A DNA stretch of 64,000 nucleotides from assembly GCF_032062105.1 (NCBI RefSeq), contig NW_026936671.1:62001-126000 (forward strand), given 5' to 3'. Under the pieces are notes generated by a model. That model had not been told where the DNA came from. It saw nothing but the letters and a program-made list of their open reading frames with translations, and searched no databases. The position numbers were made by a program, and so were the translations under genes. Shown here piece after piece: positions 39,201-49,945 of the stretch. This DNA is from Saccostrea cucullata. Its lineage: Eukaryota. The number at the start of each line of letters is the position of its first letter. Within the stretch, counting starts at the first letter, position 1.

Positions 39201-40895
39201 TTTGATTTTAAGCTATCATGGCTAAGAAAATTTTCAGAAGGCAGATATTTGGAACTGCACATAGTAACACACACTAAATATTCCTTTTTCTCTCCAGGTG
39301 ATAGATGACGTGTTAGTTCCTCAGATACCAGTGTACTGGCCTCACCTGTCCTCAGTCCTTGAGGACAACTCCTTCTCTAATGCCCTCACCAAGGCTGATG
39401 CATTCAAAGTTTATGGTGCTTTATTGGTAAATCTTTTTTTAATTTTTAAGAAAAAGAAATTGGTACAAAGAACTTAAGAAACTTATGTATCAAATGTCAC
39501 TATAAATTTTTTTAATGTTTGTCCATGTGATCTATGCAGTAAAAAAATGTTCTCCATTTATTTAATGTTTTTGATTTGCAGTTAACTGTAGAATCCTTGA
39601 TGAAAACACAAGTGAAACAGTATGAAGACCTGCTGAAAGAAAAATATGAGAAATTGGAATTGTCTGACCTTTTAAATCAAGAACCCATTGAAGATTCACC
39701 ACAAAGTAACGACTTGATTGCAGATGTCCAGAGTACCATATCAAAATTATACAGTGACATGTATGAATATTTTGGTGACAGCTTATCAAAATTCATGCCT
39801 GACTTGAACGAAAAGTTTAATATTAAACAAAAAGTGTTTACTCCAAAATTGAGGGAAAAACTTGTATCTCTCTCTGATGCTGATGCTTCTAAAAGTGGAG
39901 AAGAATTATTAAAAGAATTCATGGAACAAGTGAAATTACAGCAACAGTTGGATAGAGAGAAGGCCGAAAAAGAAAGAATACAGCGTCTGATCAACGAAGA
40001 GAAACGGGCAAGAGATAGGAAGCACCAAGAGGAGCATCAAAGGTTAATGGAGGCTGGCAAGAAAAGACTGGAAGAAATAAGGCAAGCAGAGATTGAAAGA
40101 GAGAGGGAAGAAATGGAGAGGATAAATCATGAGACGAGGCGAAACAAGAAGGTAGCTGAAGAAAGAATCTCCAAGATGTTGAAAGAGGACAGTGATGACG
40201 ATTTTGGCGAGGCAGAGGTTATTCCGTATAGACCTGTACGAAAGCGAACGAAGAGCCAGGTGCAGTATTATCCTGTGGAGTCCCCCGACAGTAATGAGGA
40301 CGACCCTCCCTACTCCCTCCCTGGGACATCGAAAGGGGGCGAACATAAAAAGGGCATCAAACTGAAAATAATCACCCGCCCCGGTAAACTTCCTAATGTG
40401 AAAATAGAGGCCAAGTCCAAGGAGTCTAAAAAATCCTCTCCACATGGCTACCAGACAAAGGTGTCTCCACATCACAAGGAGCCTAAATACTCCCCCAAGT
40501 TATCCCCTCATTTTCATAGAGAGGCCAAAAGTTCCCCTCATTCATCGAGGGAATACAAGTCTTCCCCCCACACTCATAAAGACTCGCCCCACACTCATAA
40601 AGACTCCCCCTACTACTACGCCCACAAGGATTCTCCGGCCCGTGAACCAAAGTATTCCCATCACTCGAGTTTGCCGCAGGAGGCAGGGGAAACGAAACAC
40701 GGCAAGAAAAGAAAAACAAGCCAGAAACGTAAAGACGAGTTTGAATTTGAGTCTGATCCTGAGGATTTCCCTCCCTTGTCATTTAAGCCCAGTTGTAATT
40801 CTTCAGAAGGGGAGAGCTCAGAAGGAACAGAGCTTAGGAAACCGATTAAAATGAAACTCAAGGTTAAAGACTCAAAAGAATTGTCTTCTGACTGA
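26876..40895 (+). CDS. TAF6L: TAF6-like SAGA/PCAF-complex subunit (11 coding exons, ~813 aa)
   Basis: Exons: 26876-27052, 28661-28747, 28948-29098, 29838-29888, 30222-30316, 30464-30541, 35375-35476, 35831-35955, 38761-38893, 39298-39426, 39582-40895; phase-consistent GT-AG. H4-like histone fold (ESIKIMAESVG...EDVSYRLKEATQNSIQYMKHARRKRLTTEDFNKAL), WLAVEG, ALQDLRTN, and TAF6 C-terminal HEAT motifs NDHWTLRDYAA and HYGA. VKTVSHD and LAASINP favour TAF6L over TAF6. Confidence 0.9.
27090..27175 (+). mobile_element. tRNA-derived SINE head or decayed tRNA-like fragment
   Basis: gccagatagctcaatcagtagaccacctg (A-box-like) and ggttcgatcgcc (B-box-like); no complete cloverleaf. Similar fragments at ~34355-34415 (minus) and ~42263-42285. 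Confidence 0.45.
27585..28574 (+). mobile_element. Helentron-associated interspersed element (HINE) with internal tandem array
   Basis: T-run start tagctcacctcgacgaagtcaagatgagc, (ggcgtt)n microsatellite, about 5 tandem units (periods 146, 146, ~107, ~108), 3' subterminal inverted repeat ttcgtcgaggt and terminal hairpin aggtaatc/gattacct. Confidence 0.8.
29604..29642. repeat. (CT)n microsatellite
   Basis: About 19 uninterrupted CT/TC units. Confidence 0.95.
30551..35005. mobile_element. 4455-bp non-autonomous DNA transposon with 29-bp perfect TIRs (TGT...ACA ends, TATA flanks; possibly Ginger-type)
   Basis: TGTGACGCGCCAAGCAAAAACCTCCCTTA at 30551-30579 and its exact reverse complement at 34977-35005. 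TATA at 30547-30550 and 35006-35009. No transposase ORF seen inside. Confidence 0.88.
33063..33629 (+). mobile_element. HINE-type element nested inside the 4.45-kb TIR element
   Basis: tttttatgcacccgaa...ttcggggcgcata start, (gtct)n-like microsatellite, three ~146-bp units (cgccataacttttgaaccg at 33165, 33311, 33459), 3' gggcgcata and gtgttt/aaacac hairpin. Confidence 0.8.
35716..35788. mobile_element. 73-bp fold-back micro-MITE
   Basis: 25-bp perfect inverted arms CAATCTGATTAAAATCAGCTGTTCT; flanks gatgtattt and gatgtagtt (8/9 match, TSD-like). Confidence 0.7.
36240..38047 (+). mobile_element. HINE carrying a 166/167-bp satellite array (resembles the oyster Cg170/HindIII satellite)
   Basis: tagctcacctgagccgaaggctcaagtgagc start, (gtcc/gtct)n tract, units starting at 36511, 36677, 36843, 37010, 37176, 37342, 37509, 37675 and 37842, 3' end tcaggtgagc...ggcccatgggcc. 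Confidence 0.9.
38065..38467. mobile_element. hAT-type MITE
   Basis: Ends aAGGGATG and CATCCCTa, exact 8-bp TSD TTGTAAAC (38057-38064 and 38468-38475), internal gatac/gtatc subterminal repeats. Confidence 0.8.
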
Positions 40896-42793
40896 GATAC
40901 ATTAGGTGCATTATTTTGTCATGAGATTTTGAAGTGTGCTAAAAAAAATTAAATAATGTACATGACTTCATGAAGCAAATTAATATGGCAACAATGATAA
41001 AAAGCATTCACATTACTTAATTATATTCATAGGAAATGATTAAGTGTGCAAATTTATACATGTGTATATGTATACTATGTTTATAAATATATGTTGAACA
41101 CAGACACACTGAACTTTGTTTCTATTCTTCCTTATATGATAGAAGTAATTATGAAAGAAATATAATATTGGACTTTTGCGAGAAGCCGTGACTTTTAATT
41201 CAACGGCTTACTTTTACACTAGGACAATTTATAGAAGCTCTTTTGAGATACATGTATAAATACTTAGCTTAAAAGATAATTCAAAGATAATAATGGGCAA
41301 TTTCAAAGCACATATTTTAGTGTCAAGGAAGGAAATAGCAACACCCTATCCTAAGCACCCATCTATTCTCTGTGTCCAACTCCTACTTCGTTTTCCCTCT
41401 GGAATGTTTTTTGTTCCCCGCTTTCATTAAAGCGAGCTAGGCCATTAAATTTCTTTTGTCTGTTATTCTTATTTCATTTCATCAGAAAATTAAATTTAAA
41501 AGAGATACTAACTTCATGAATTTGTTATTCTACCTCCCATCTTTTCTTCTGTTGATTGTATATTGGTAAATGATGTTAGCACCCCTTACACAAAACCTAT
41601 AACCTATAGTTTCTTTATTATCAATTTAATACATGTACCTCCCTACATAACACAAGTTTAAATGTCAAACTAAGCTGTTGACTGTAAAAGTCAGTGCTTC
41701 TCACGAAAGTCAAATACATGCAGCAAATGTATATGATGACAAAGTCCTATTTGACTAAGTATAGTGAGAAAACTAGTAACATATTATGAGTGTTTTCTCA
41801 ATTTTTTATGCTGGTTTTTGTATGGACACATAATGATATCGTACTTTCTGCCCATCTGTCTGTAGACAATTGATTTTATGGTCCGTTGGGCTAGCCAGGA
41901 ATGGAACACATTTATTCAAAGGCTGTAAACATTATTCAGGGTCAGAGAATCCACACATTTAGGTCAAATGCCAAAATTCTAAATCCAGCATGCTTTGTGT
42001 CTTGTTGCAACCTTATCCTAGTTTGCAAAATAAATTTTAGTTCATTTCAACAAATGATTTAGGTATATCCCCTATCTCTCAGCTGTGGAAAAAAAAATCC
42101 ATTTTCTAAGTAATCATGAGTCGAAACATCTGTGGAACACAATGATTAAGGGAAATTTCTTCTTGGGATATGTATTACCAGCATTTCATTTATTTTGATG
42201 TCAAAGATAATTTAAAGGGGGAGGAATATATAACGATTTTGGGGCCATGGATATCAACTTAAATAGTTCAGTTGGTAGAGCACCAAAATGAGAGTCATTG
42301 ATTGGTCCATTACATTTTTCGAATCTCCTTGAACACTATTTTAATTCCAGTAATTTCAAAATAAAATCTTACTCATTCTGCTTAAATTTGAGATAAACAA
42401 TCTTGATATAGGCACTTGAGCTTGTAGGACACCTGCCTTTTCGAGGGGTTAAATACATATACAGTGTATGACACTGATATCTAATCTGGTATACATGTTA
42501 CTTTTCCAAGTCACAGCCTTAGTTGATGTCCCTACTCTCCTTATATGTTACACAGCACCAAGTCAAAAGTATCTTGACTTGAACATATAGCATGTAGCGT
42601 GCTGGAGTACATGTAGTACACATTTATACAGTAATGGTAACTAGTTCCATTCTCAAACTTGTAGGATAAATAAATAACTACAACAAAATTTTGAACATAG
42701 TCATCCTTCTTGATGGTTTTACTGTCAACATTGGTTATAAATATACAAGAAAACATAATTATTTAAAACATCTAATGCTATTATTCTTCTAAG

Positions 42794-45700
42794 TCAATCT
42801 GGACCACCTCTCTGAAAAATACAAGAAATTTATTTTATCCCTCAAAGTAAAAATACATGTACATAGAGCAATACAGAAGCTAATTTTCAAAAGAAAATTT
42901 AGGATATTTAATGCATTTAAAAACTAGTTCTTTTGTTTCACAATATGTTTCATATGTCAATATCGATATATATGTCCGTATACATCTAATTTTTCTTTTG
43001 AAAATCTTAAACTCAGGAAATCATTTTTCAGTATTAACAGATTATGATATACAGTTAAACTCGTTTAGTACGAACATGGATATTGCGAATTCACGGATAT
43101 AGCAAAGTTATCTTGGATCCTCAAGTACACAAATTTAATGAATTCCTTATACGGATACAATGAATTACGGATATAGCGAAGTGATTTTCCAGGTCCCAGT
43201 AACTTCGTTATAACTGAGTTTTACTGTATGTCTAAAGAAATTAATTTTCTTAGAGAATTGAAAAACTACAAATATCATGTTTTCTCCCCCTTTCCCTCAG
43301 AAAAGGAGAGGGCTACATAATTGCAGCTAGTATCACCTGTATGTATTCCATTTCTTCTAGTGATAGGGGTAATCTGGCATATCTCTTAGGTAATTGTTGG
43401 TGTTCTAGAGTTGTTCCTGGACTGGCAACATTTGTCTTGTTAGAGGTGGATGGTGATCTTTCTGTTTCTTTTGTTTGGGAAACTGGGGTCAGTATTGCAG
43501 GGTTAGCTATTATAAAAAAAATTCTTAAGAGAGCTTTGATAGTAAATAAATATTTATAATGATCAATATTGATAAATTGATATTGAGGAATCTCATGTTC
43601 CAAGAACATTTAGTCTGGTGAAAAATATGTTCTTACCTGTTGTCTGTTTTCCAGCACGAAACTTTATGAGTGGAATATGTGGCTTTACTGTCTGTTAAAA
43701 AAAATGATAGTTTGAATATACAATGACCATAGTGAGCGTTTATTACTTTTTGCATATAATAGGACTATCATTTCACATATGTGTGAGGATACTGCAGGAT
43801 AAACCTATGCTTCATCCGTGGGTATGTGTTTTATTAATAGCACTTTTAGTTTTGATACAATCCTTTGCTTCAAGATTTAAATTTATCAGAAACTTTGATT
43901 TGTGAAAATTCTCGCCTCATAAAAGGAATGATGATGAGCAAAAATTTTATTAACCAGAAGTCTCTGTCGAGACTGAAGCTCTACTGGTTTGAACTTTTAG
44001 CAAAGGAAAAGAAAAGTACTTAAGCAGCTGGGATTTGAAATTTTACAACAGCAATAAATAGAATAATGATCGTTGATAAAGTCTCTTTATGTTCTTAGTG
44101 TAGTCTACTTGTGTGCCAAGTTATATTGAAATCAGACCAAAACTGTAGGAGGAGTAGCATTTTGAAACAATTTTACAGTCATTTCTATTTTTAGTAACCA
44201 CGGCAACACCGTTCATCAAAATTCAAATTCAATATACAGAATTATGTATCTTAGAATATTCTACTTTTGTGCCAAGTTATATTGAAATCAGACCAAAACT
44301 GTAGGAGGAGTGGCATTTTTAAACAATTTTACAGATATTTCTATTTTTAGTAACACAACAACACAATTCATTGAAATCAAAAACCGATACACAGAATTAT
44401 GTATCTTAGTGTATTCTACTTGTGTGCCAAGTTATACTGAAATCAGACCAAAACTGTAGGAGGAGTAGCATTTTGAAAGAATTTCACAGAAATTTCTATT
44501 TTTAGTAACCACGGCAACACTGTTCATCGAAATCAAAAACCGATACACAGAATTATGTATCTTAGTGTATTCTACTTGTGTGCCAAGTTATATTGAAATC
44601 AGACCAAAACTGTAGGAGGAGTAGCATTTTGAAAGAATTTCACAGAAAGTTCTATTTTTAGTAACCACGGCAACACTGTTCATCGAAATCAAAAACCGAT
44701 ACACAGAATTATGTATCTTAGTGTAGTCTACTTGTGTGCCAAGTTATATTGAAATTAGACCAAAACTGTAGGATATAGCATTTTGAAAAATTGTTTACAG
44801 ACAGACGGACAGACAGACAGACGGACGAAATTCGCCGGACTAAAATTACTATCGCATAAGCTCTTCTGGTCTCTGACCAGTAGAGCTAAAAAGCAAGAAA
44901 AAGACTTGTATACCTCAAACAAAGTCATTCAAGTGTCAAATTTTATAAATTTATCTGTTCTGGTTACTGTGAAGACAAATGTTACCCCCAATTAATTGTT
45001 TTAATGAGAAACATAAAGCCTATTTTTTGCGAAAGGAAGGTTATTATCAAGATTTTGGTGAATGTTTCATTCAATGTGGAAGAAATACAAGAATGTTCGG
45101 CCAACTTAGGAACACAATTAGTAAAAGCTAGTGCCACTTGTCATTGCGAGCTCTTACAGCAATGCCTTTAAGAGAAAATTAGAACTTTGCACATTGTTCA
45201 AGACAATTTTTTTTTCCGCAGTAACTCTGAACCCACAATTTATTGCTTGTTAAAACTACGTTCTTTCAAAGGAATATTGGCAAATGTTCGACGAAAAGTT
45301 CACTCTTCTTGATTTAATGGATATATATTGAAGATAAATAGTAAACGAAACGTTCTACAATAACTTTTTTACTTTTCAGGTGTCTTTTTGATAATGCAAC
45401 TTACATATGACGTCATCTGACGTCATAGTTTTAAACCAAATGCTACGTGCGGTTTGACAAGCCTGATCTGAATTGAAACAACAGAAGTATTCGCGCTCTC
45501 AAACGCCGAGTAACGGTCGCACCACCAACATATTATTTTGATTTGAAATTGGTCTAAATATATAGAAAAATAAAAAGAGAGATAGCCCAGTAAAAAATAT
45601 ACACCTTTTTTGCGATTTTTGCTGTTGTGTAGCACTGTAGCTCTTTTGTTGTACATCCAAATTATTTGTCAACCCAGCAAGCTACATATTTGAATCTAAT

Positions 45701-45854
45701 TCTTTTCTCTGTCCCAAGACATTTTTTGTGAATTGATAAAAAGGGATCCTCAAAACGCTTATCTAATTACTGGGATTATTTTCTTTGTATTTCATCGTTA
45801 TAAATTGAAATAAATTGAACTTACTTGAAATGCCCTTGCAGTGGACGACGCCAT
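42794..45854 (-). CDS. KGD4: Alpha-ketoglutarate dehydrogenase component 4 / MRPS36 (4 exons, ~90 aa)
   Basis: Exons 45854-45825, 43691-43637, 43506-43337 and 42811-42794 give MASSTARAFQTVKPHIPLIKFRAGK...LPKRYARLPLSLEEMEYIQRGGPD*. VKPHIPLIKF and LPxRY...EEMEYIQRGG are the family's conserved ends. In-frame upstream ATG at 45866. Confidence 0.92.
43052..43226. mobile_element. TA-flanked MITE; related copy at ~20046-20170
   Basis: ta|CAGTTAAACTCG ... GAGTTTTACTG|ta with internal cggatata repeats. Confidence 0.7.
43952..44892 (-). mobile_element. HINE with 155/156-bp tandem array in KGD4 intron 1
   Basis: tctacttgtgtgccaag recurs at ~44104, 44260, 44415, 44571 and 44727; (gaca/gacg)n tract at 44797-44827; agctctactgg/ccagtagagct subterminal inverted repeats. 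Confidence 0.85.
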
Positions 45855-48800
45855 AATACCAGCCATTTACATGCAGGAAACTCTACAGCGCTCACTTATT
45901 GTGAAACCGGATTCGTTGGAAAAATTAAATCCGTGAGTTGAAATGTTTTTTAAAAAGTTTTAATCACATACATTTAAGTGTAAACTTATTATTATTTTTT
46001 TCAAAATTAATATATTTGTTTTTCTTTTTTTTTTTTTTTTTTTGGAGGGGGGGGGGGGGGAGGGTGCCCCTTTTCTGTTATTTCTATTTTAAAATGATTT
46101 TTCCTAATAGATGTAACTTTTTTTCAATTTATCTCGAATGGATGAGTAATCCCAATTCCTTCTTGTTAGAAATGAATCTTTAAAAAGGGCTTCGTTTAAG
46201 TGTTTTTCACAGGTTCGTTTTAGTACAACCCCTTGGCAGGGAAGACATAATTATAGCTTCCCTCAATTAAGAAAAAAAACCACGAAATACCGCAAAAGAA
46301 TAAATGCACATATATGTACATACATGTATACCCGGTATACAATATGAGGTCATCTGACTTATCAGCATTATTGATTCCATGTTCATACATAAATGGCAAA
46401 AAACTTGTGACCTTTTCGGCACATTTCTTACTTAACATAAAACAGCAAAATCTGGGAATGTTTTGATTTCAATATGTTGGCATTTTCACAAAAATGTGTA
46501 ACATAGACCTTTTGATTCACTTTCGTAAACCTGACATATTCAAGGTTATAATGAGATTTTTAGATGACACTTTTGTTTACGAAACGCGGAATGTTATGCT
46601 TTTTAGAAATATAAGAAATATAAGAAGCTAAAGCAAAACTATTTCGAATATATTAAAACTATTGGCAAAAAGAACAAATCTGTTTCGTGATATCCCCCCC
46701 CCCCAATTTTTATGGAAATACAGGCCCCAAGACAGACTTCCATGTAAGTCAAAATTTTGATTCTAAATATCTTAAGTTTTATTCAACACGTGTTCTTAAA
46801 ATTTTGCAGTTATGTATAATATTCAAATTCCAACATATGATGCAAATTTTGTTTTATTATCAAATTGTTATAATTAGTTATACTAATTTTAAATGTTGAC
46901 TTAAGTATTTTTCAGTTAATGGTCATGACTCTGTATGTATGTCTGCTCTTTTTCTTTTTATTTATTTACCATTCCCTTGCATCTATTTTGTATTTACTTG
47001 CATTTATGTACGTACATGTACCTGTAACCCCCCACCCCCACCCCCGGTTCCCAGGAATAGATTTCTTTTGTATATAAGATATTAAAATAAAAAATGCGAG
47101 ATTTGGCACTATTAAACGGATTATGCCCATTTTCAGACAATCAATATCAAAATGCATGGTTTCCTTATATCGTCGTAGTCCTCAATTAACGCAGAGCAGG
47201 TTTTTAATTTAAAAAAAAAAGTAGCCGTAGACATGTTATTGCTGAATTGTCAATTTATTGTCTCGTTGATATGCTAGAAGGTTTTGTTTTGAAGTAAAAA
47301 TGGCGATCGTCGAGTGAGATAAGAATTTAATAAACTTTTGTTTCTGAGGCTGTTAATTAAGATAAAACATCTGAATCAAGGAAAGTGAAAATTATTAATA
47401 TATTAATAAGAAAATTTTTATATAAAATACTCGATTGCTGATTTAGGAAATTAATTTGAGAAATAAGTACAAAACTGAGCAATTTCATGTGCGGATCTAG
47501 AGGGATCTATATACTAAACCAAGCAAAAGTGATCTTGGACCTTCCCTTAAAAAAACGCAAACCTCTCCTTGAAAACACAGGTTTATGTTAAGTTGGAATG
47601 AAAAGTTCTAGGTATGAAGCTTTGCTTTAAAAGTCAACGACTACCCCTCTCCCCACCCCACGAATTAGATTTTTTACGTTTGTGAATATAGTCTGTTTTT
47701 TTTTTTTCATTTTGCTTGTCAAGATATTTTTTGGGGTTGAAATTTTTTTTTGACTGGGGTAGCCCCCCCCCCCCCCCCCTCCCCCTGACAAAATTCTTGG
47801 ATCCCCTTCTGGATTTTGCATCTCTTCCAATCTAATTAAACTTTGATTTTGTACAGGAATCTAGTTGAAGCAGATCAAATATCTAAATTTAATTAGATTG
47901 TAATACTCCAGTCTGTCAACTAATAGGTATTTTGGATCGAGAGACAGATGTGACATCTGAACATGTTAGTTCGACTAAAAATGATACTTATCAAAATATA
48001 CTCTTTGTATGACAGATTATCATAAAAGAAGTTCTTTAAGACTTCTTCATTTTCAAAACAACATCTTTCTTTGTCTTTTTATGCATGGAATTGATTTTTG
48101 CTAGACTCTCTTTAAAATCATTCTCGCAAGCCAGGGGTCCTGTGTCCACATGTTGCCGTTGGACAAGCAGGACTCTTGGCATTGCGAGAATGCTTTACAA
48201 TATTTGTCAGTCTTTTGCTTCACAACGAATTCTAAAGACAGAAGGGTGCTCACACATGATGGAGTTGAAGGAGGGGGGGATCCAAGTATAAGTAGAGGTA
48301 TTTTCTAAGAAAATATATTTTTTGTCCCAACAGAGTTCTTTGTCCTTGCAGAGATCCTTGGATTCTCCACTCACCTTATAATAAATGAACATTACTGGTG
48401 TGTTTTACATAATTCACAACCACAAAATAAAAAAGTTATTAGAATTATGTTTAACACACCATCATCAAACGTATCTTTAATAAGGGGGGGGGGGGGTAAT
48501 TTTACAGAAACACAGTAATTGAATTGATTTTGATAATGAATGTTGAATCTGGATGATATATTAAACAGAATTAAATTCAAATAATAAATATTTTATATAT
48601 AAAAATACTAATCAATTAATAAAGAAGTAAATCTGGAAACATATTTATTCAAATATATTTTTTTTAAATCTTAAAATTAATTTCAATAAATGTCACATCT
48701 TTTTTATTGCCTATATATAATAAAGCATATTTTTTGTAATCCAAATATACACATATAGAAGGCGATGGCACATACCAAATGTCTGACACAAATACCTGTA

Positions 48801-49323
48801 TATGTAAAAAATTGTATGTATACATACAAGTGCACAATTATTTAGAATACATATACAGATTATATACAAATACAGATTAGTAAAAAACTGATAGTTTAAT
48901 TGAACACAAGATGCCTGCTTTTTAATCAGCACCTTTGCGTCACTTTCCGTGTAAAATGTCATTTTCTTTGATATTCAATATATTTTCACGAATGAATAAA
49001 AACATTAAAAAAAAAAAAATTAAAACATTCACAAAAAGTCTTCTTTTAAATCCCCACCAGCTGACTCCTTTCTTCAACTTTTTCTTGTAGAATGCGAGTT
49101 TTATTGTACGTGTAAAGGTCTTCGGTTTGAGGAATTTTCAGCAAACTTAGCACTAGGGTAGACCAGAGTTCAAAACGTGAAAATGTTAAGGTTGTCCCTT
49201 CCTTCTCATCAAAATTTCACTTCGACAATTTAGTGAATTTACGGATCCAAGACGAAAGTTAATTTTTCGACTTAGCTTCCATATGTAGGTTGAGGGGGTC
49301 CCTTCTCTTTAAAGAAAGTTCAT

Positions 49324-49674
49324 TCAAACACTGTATTTCTTTTTCAGCACTTTGTAAAAGGAATATGATATGGCACTAAATGTAAAAACAATGAGTATTC
49401 CCACAAGGAACAAAAGCCTTTTAATGTGATTTTTATCAATGGAAGTATCAAACTTCAGGGAACGCACGTCATAACGAGAAGTTTCGAACTGCGAAATTTT
49501 CCTCTCGATCCGGAAGAGAGGCGTGAAACGTAACATCGAAGCCGGAAGTGAACCTCGACGATCTAGACCGGAAGTTCCGGATGAATGATAATCCATTAGA
49601 GCCGAATACCTTCTCGATGGAATTCCCATTACTCCGTTGCTCAAAGCACAATTAGATCGTCTTCTTAATCTCAT
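49324..49674 (-). CDS. Uncharacterised single-exon tail-anchored membrane protein (116 aa, or 140 aa from the ATG at 49746)
   Basis: 140-codon ORF that is more GC-rich than its surroundings. C-terminal hydrophobic helix LLFLVGILIVFTFSAISYSFY then KVLKKKYSV. Contains RRRS, RRYS, RRGS and RKIS. The ATG at 49674 has A at -3. Confidence 0.65.
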   Translation of the reverse strand: MRLRRRSNCALSNGVMGIPSRRYSALMDYHSSGTSGLDRRGSLPASMLRFTPLFRIERKISQFETSRYDVRSLKFDTSIDKNHIKRLLFLVGILIVFTFSAISYSFYKVLKKKYSV

Positions 49675-49837
49675 AATTTTTTTTAAATGAATGCAGTGTA
49701 AATTCTTCTGAAGAATTTCTTTTTTCCTCAAAAAAGGAAAACACATCAGAAATAAAACTGAATATGAAACGAAAACTTAGTTCTTGGCCTATGCTGTTCC
49801 CGTATAATAAATAAATTGTATGGCGAATGTCTACGGA

Positions 49838-49945
49838 CCAATCCAGATGTTTTTAATGGTTCCCGGCTGTGCCTACTTAAACTCCTATAAATCCCACCGC
49901 CGGACACCGCCATCACTGTAGAGGCAAAACCTTGAGCCAGATAAG
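49838..49945 (+). promoter_or_regulatory. CCAAT-TATA-Inr core promoter and ~31-nt non-coding first exon, probably of the ankyrin gene
   Basis: CCAAT 49838-49842, TATAAA 49886-49891, TCACT initiator with A at 49915 (TATA at -29, CCAAT at -77), donor AAG|GTAAAC at 49945/49946. Candidate acceptor tttttattgaag ends at 51803, upstream of the ATG at 51982. Confidence 0.6.

Noticed and set aside
39677-40861. Several overlapping and antisense ORFs of 66-143 aa
   Set aside because: Shadow frames of the low-complexity TAF6L last exon.
45864-45872. ATG-TAA start-stop uORF as a standalone regulatory element
   Set aside because: TACATG(TA) is very frequent throughout this window, so chance occurrence is likely; noted only under KGD4.
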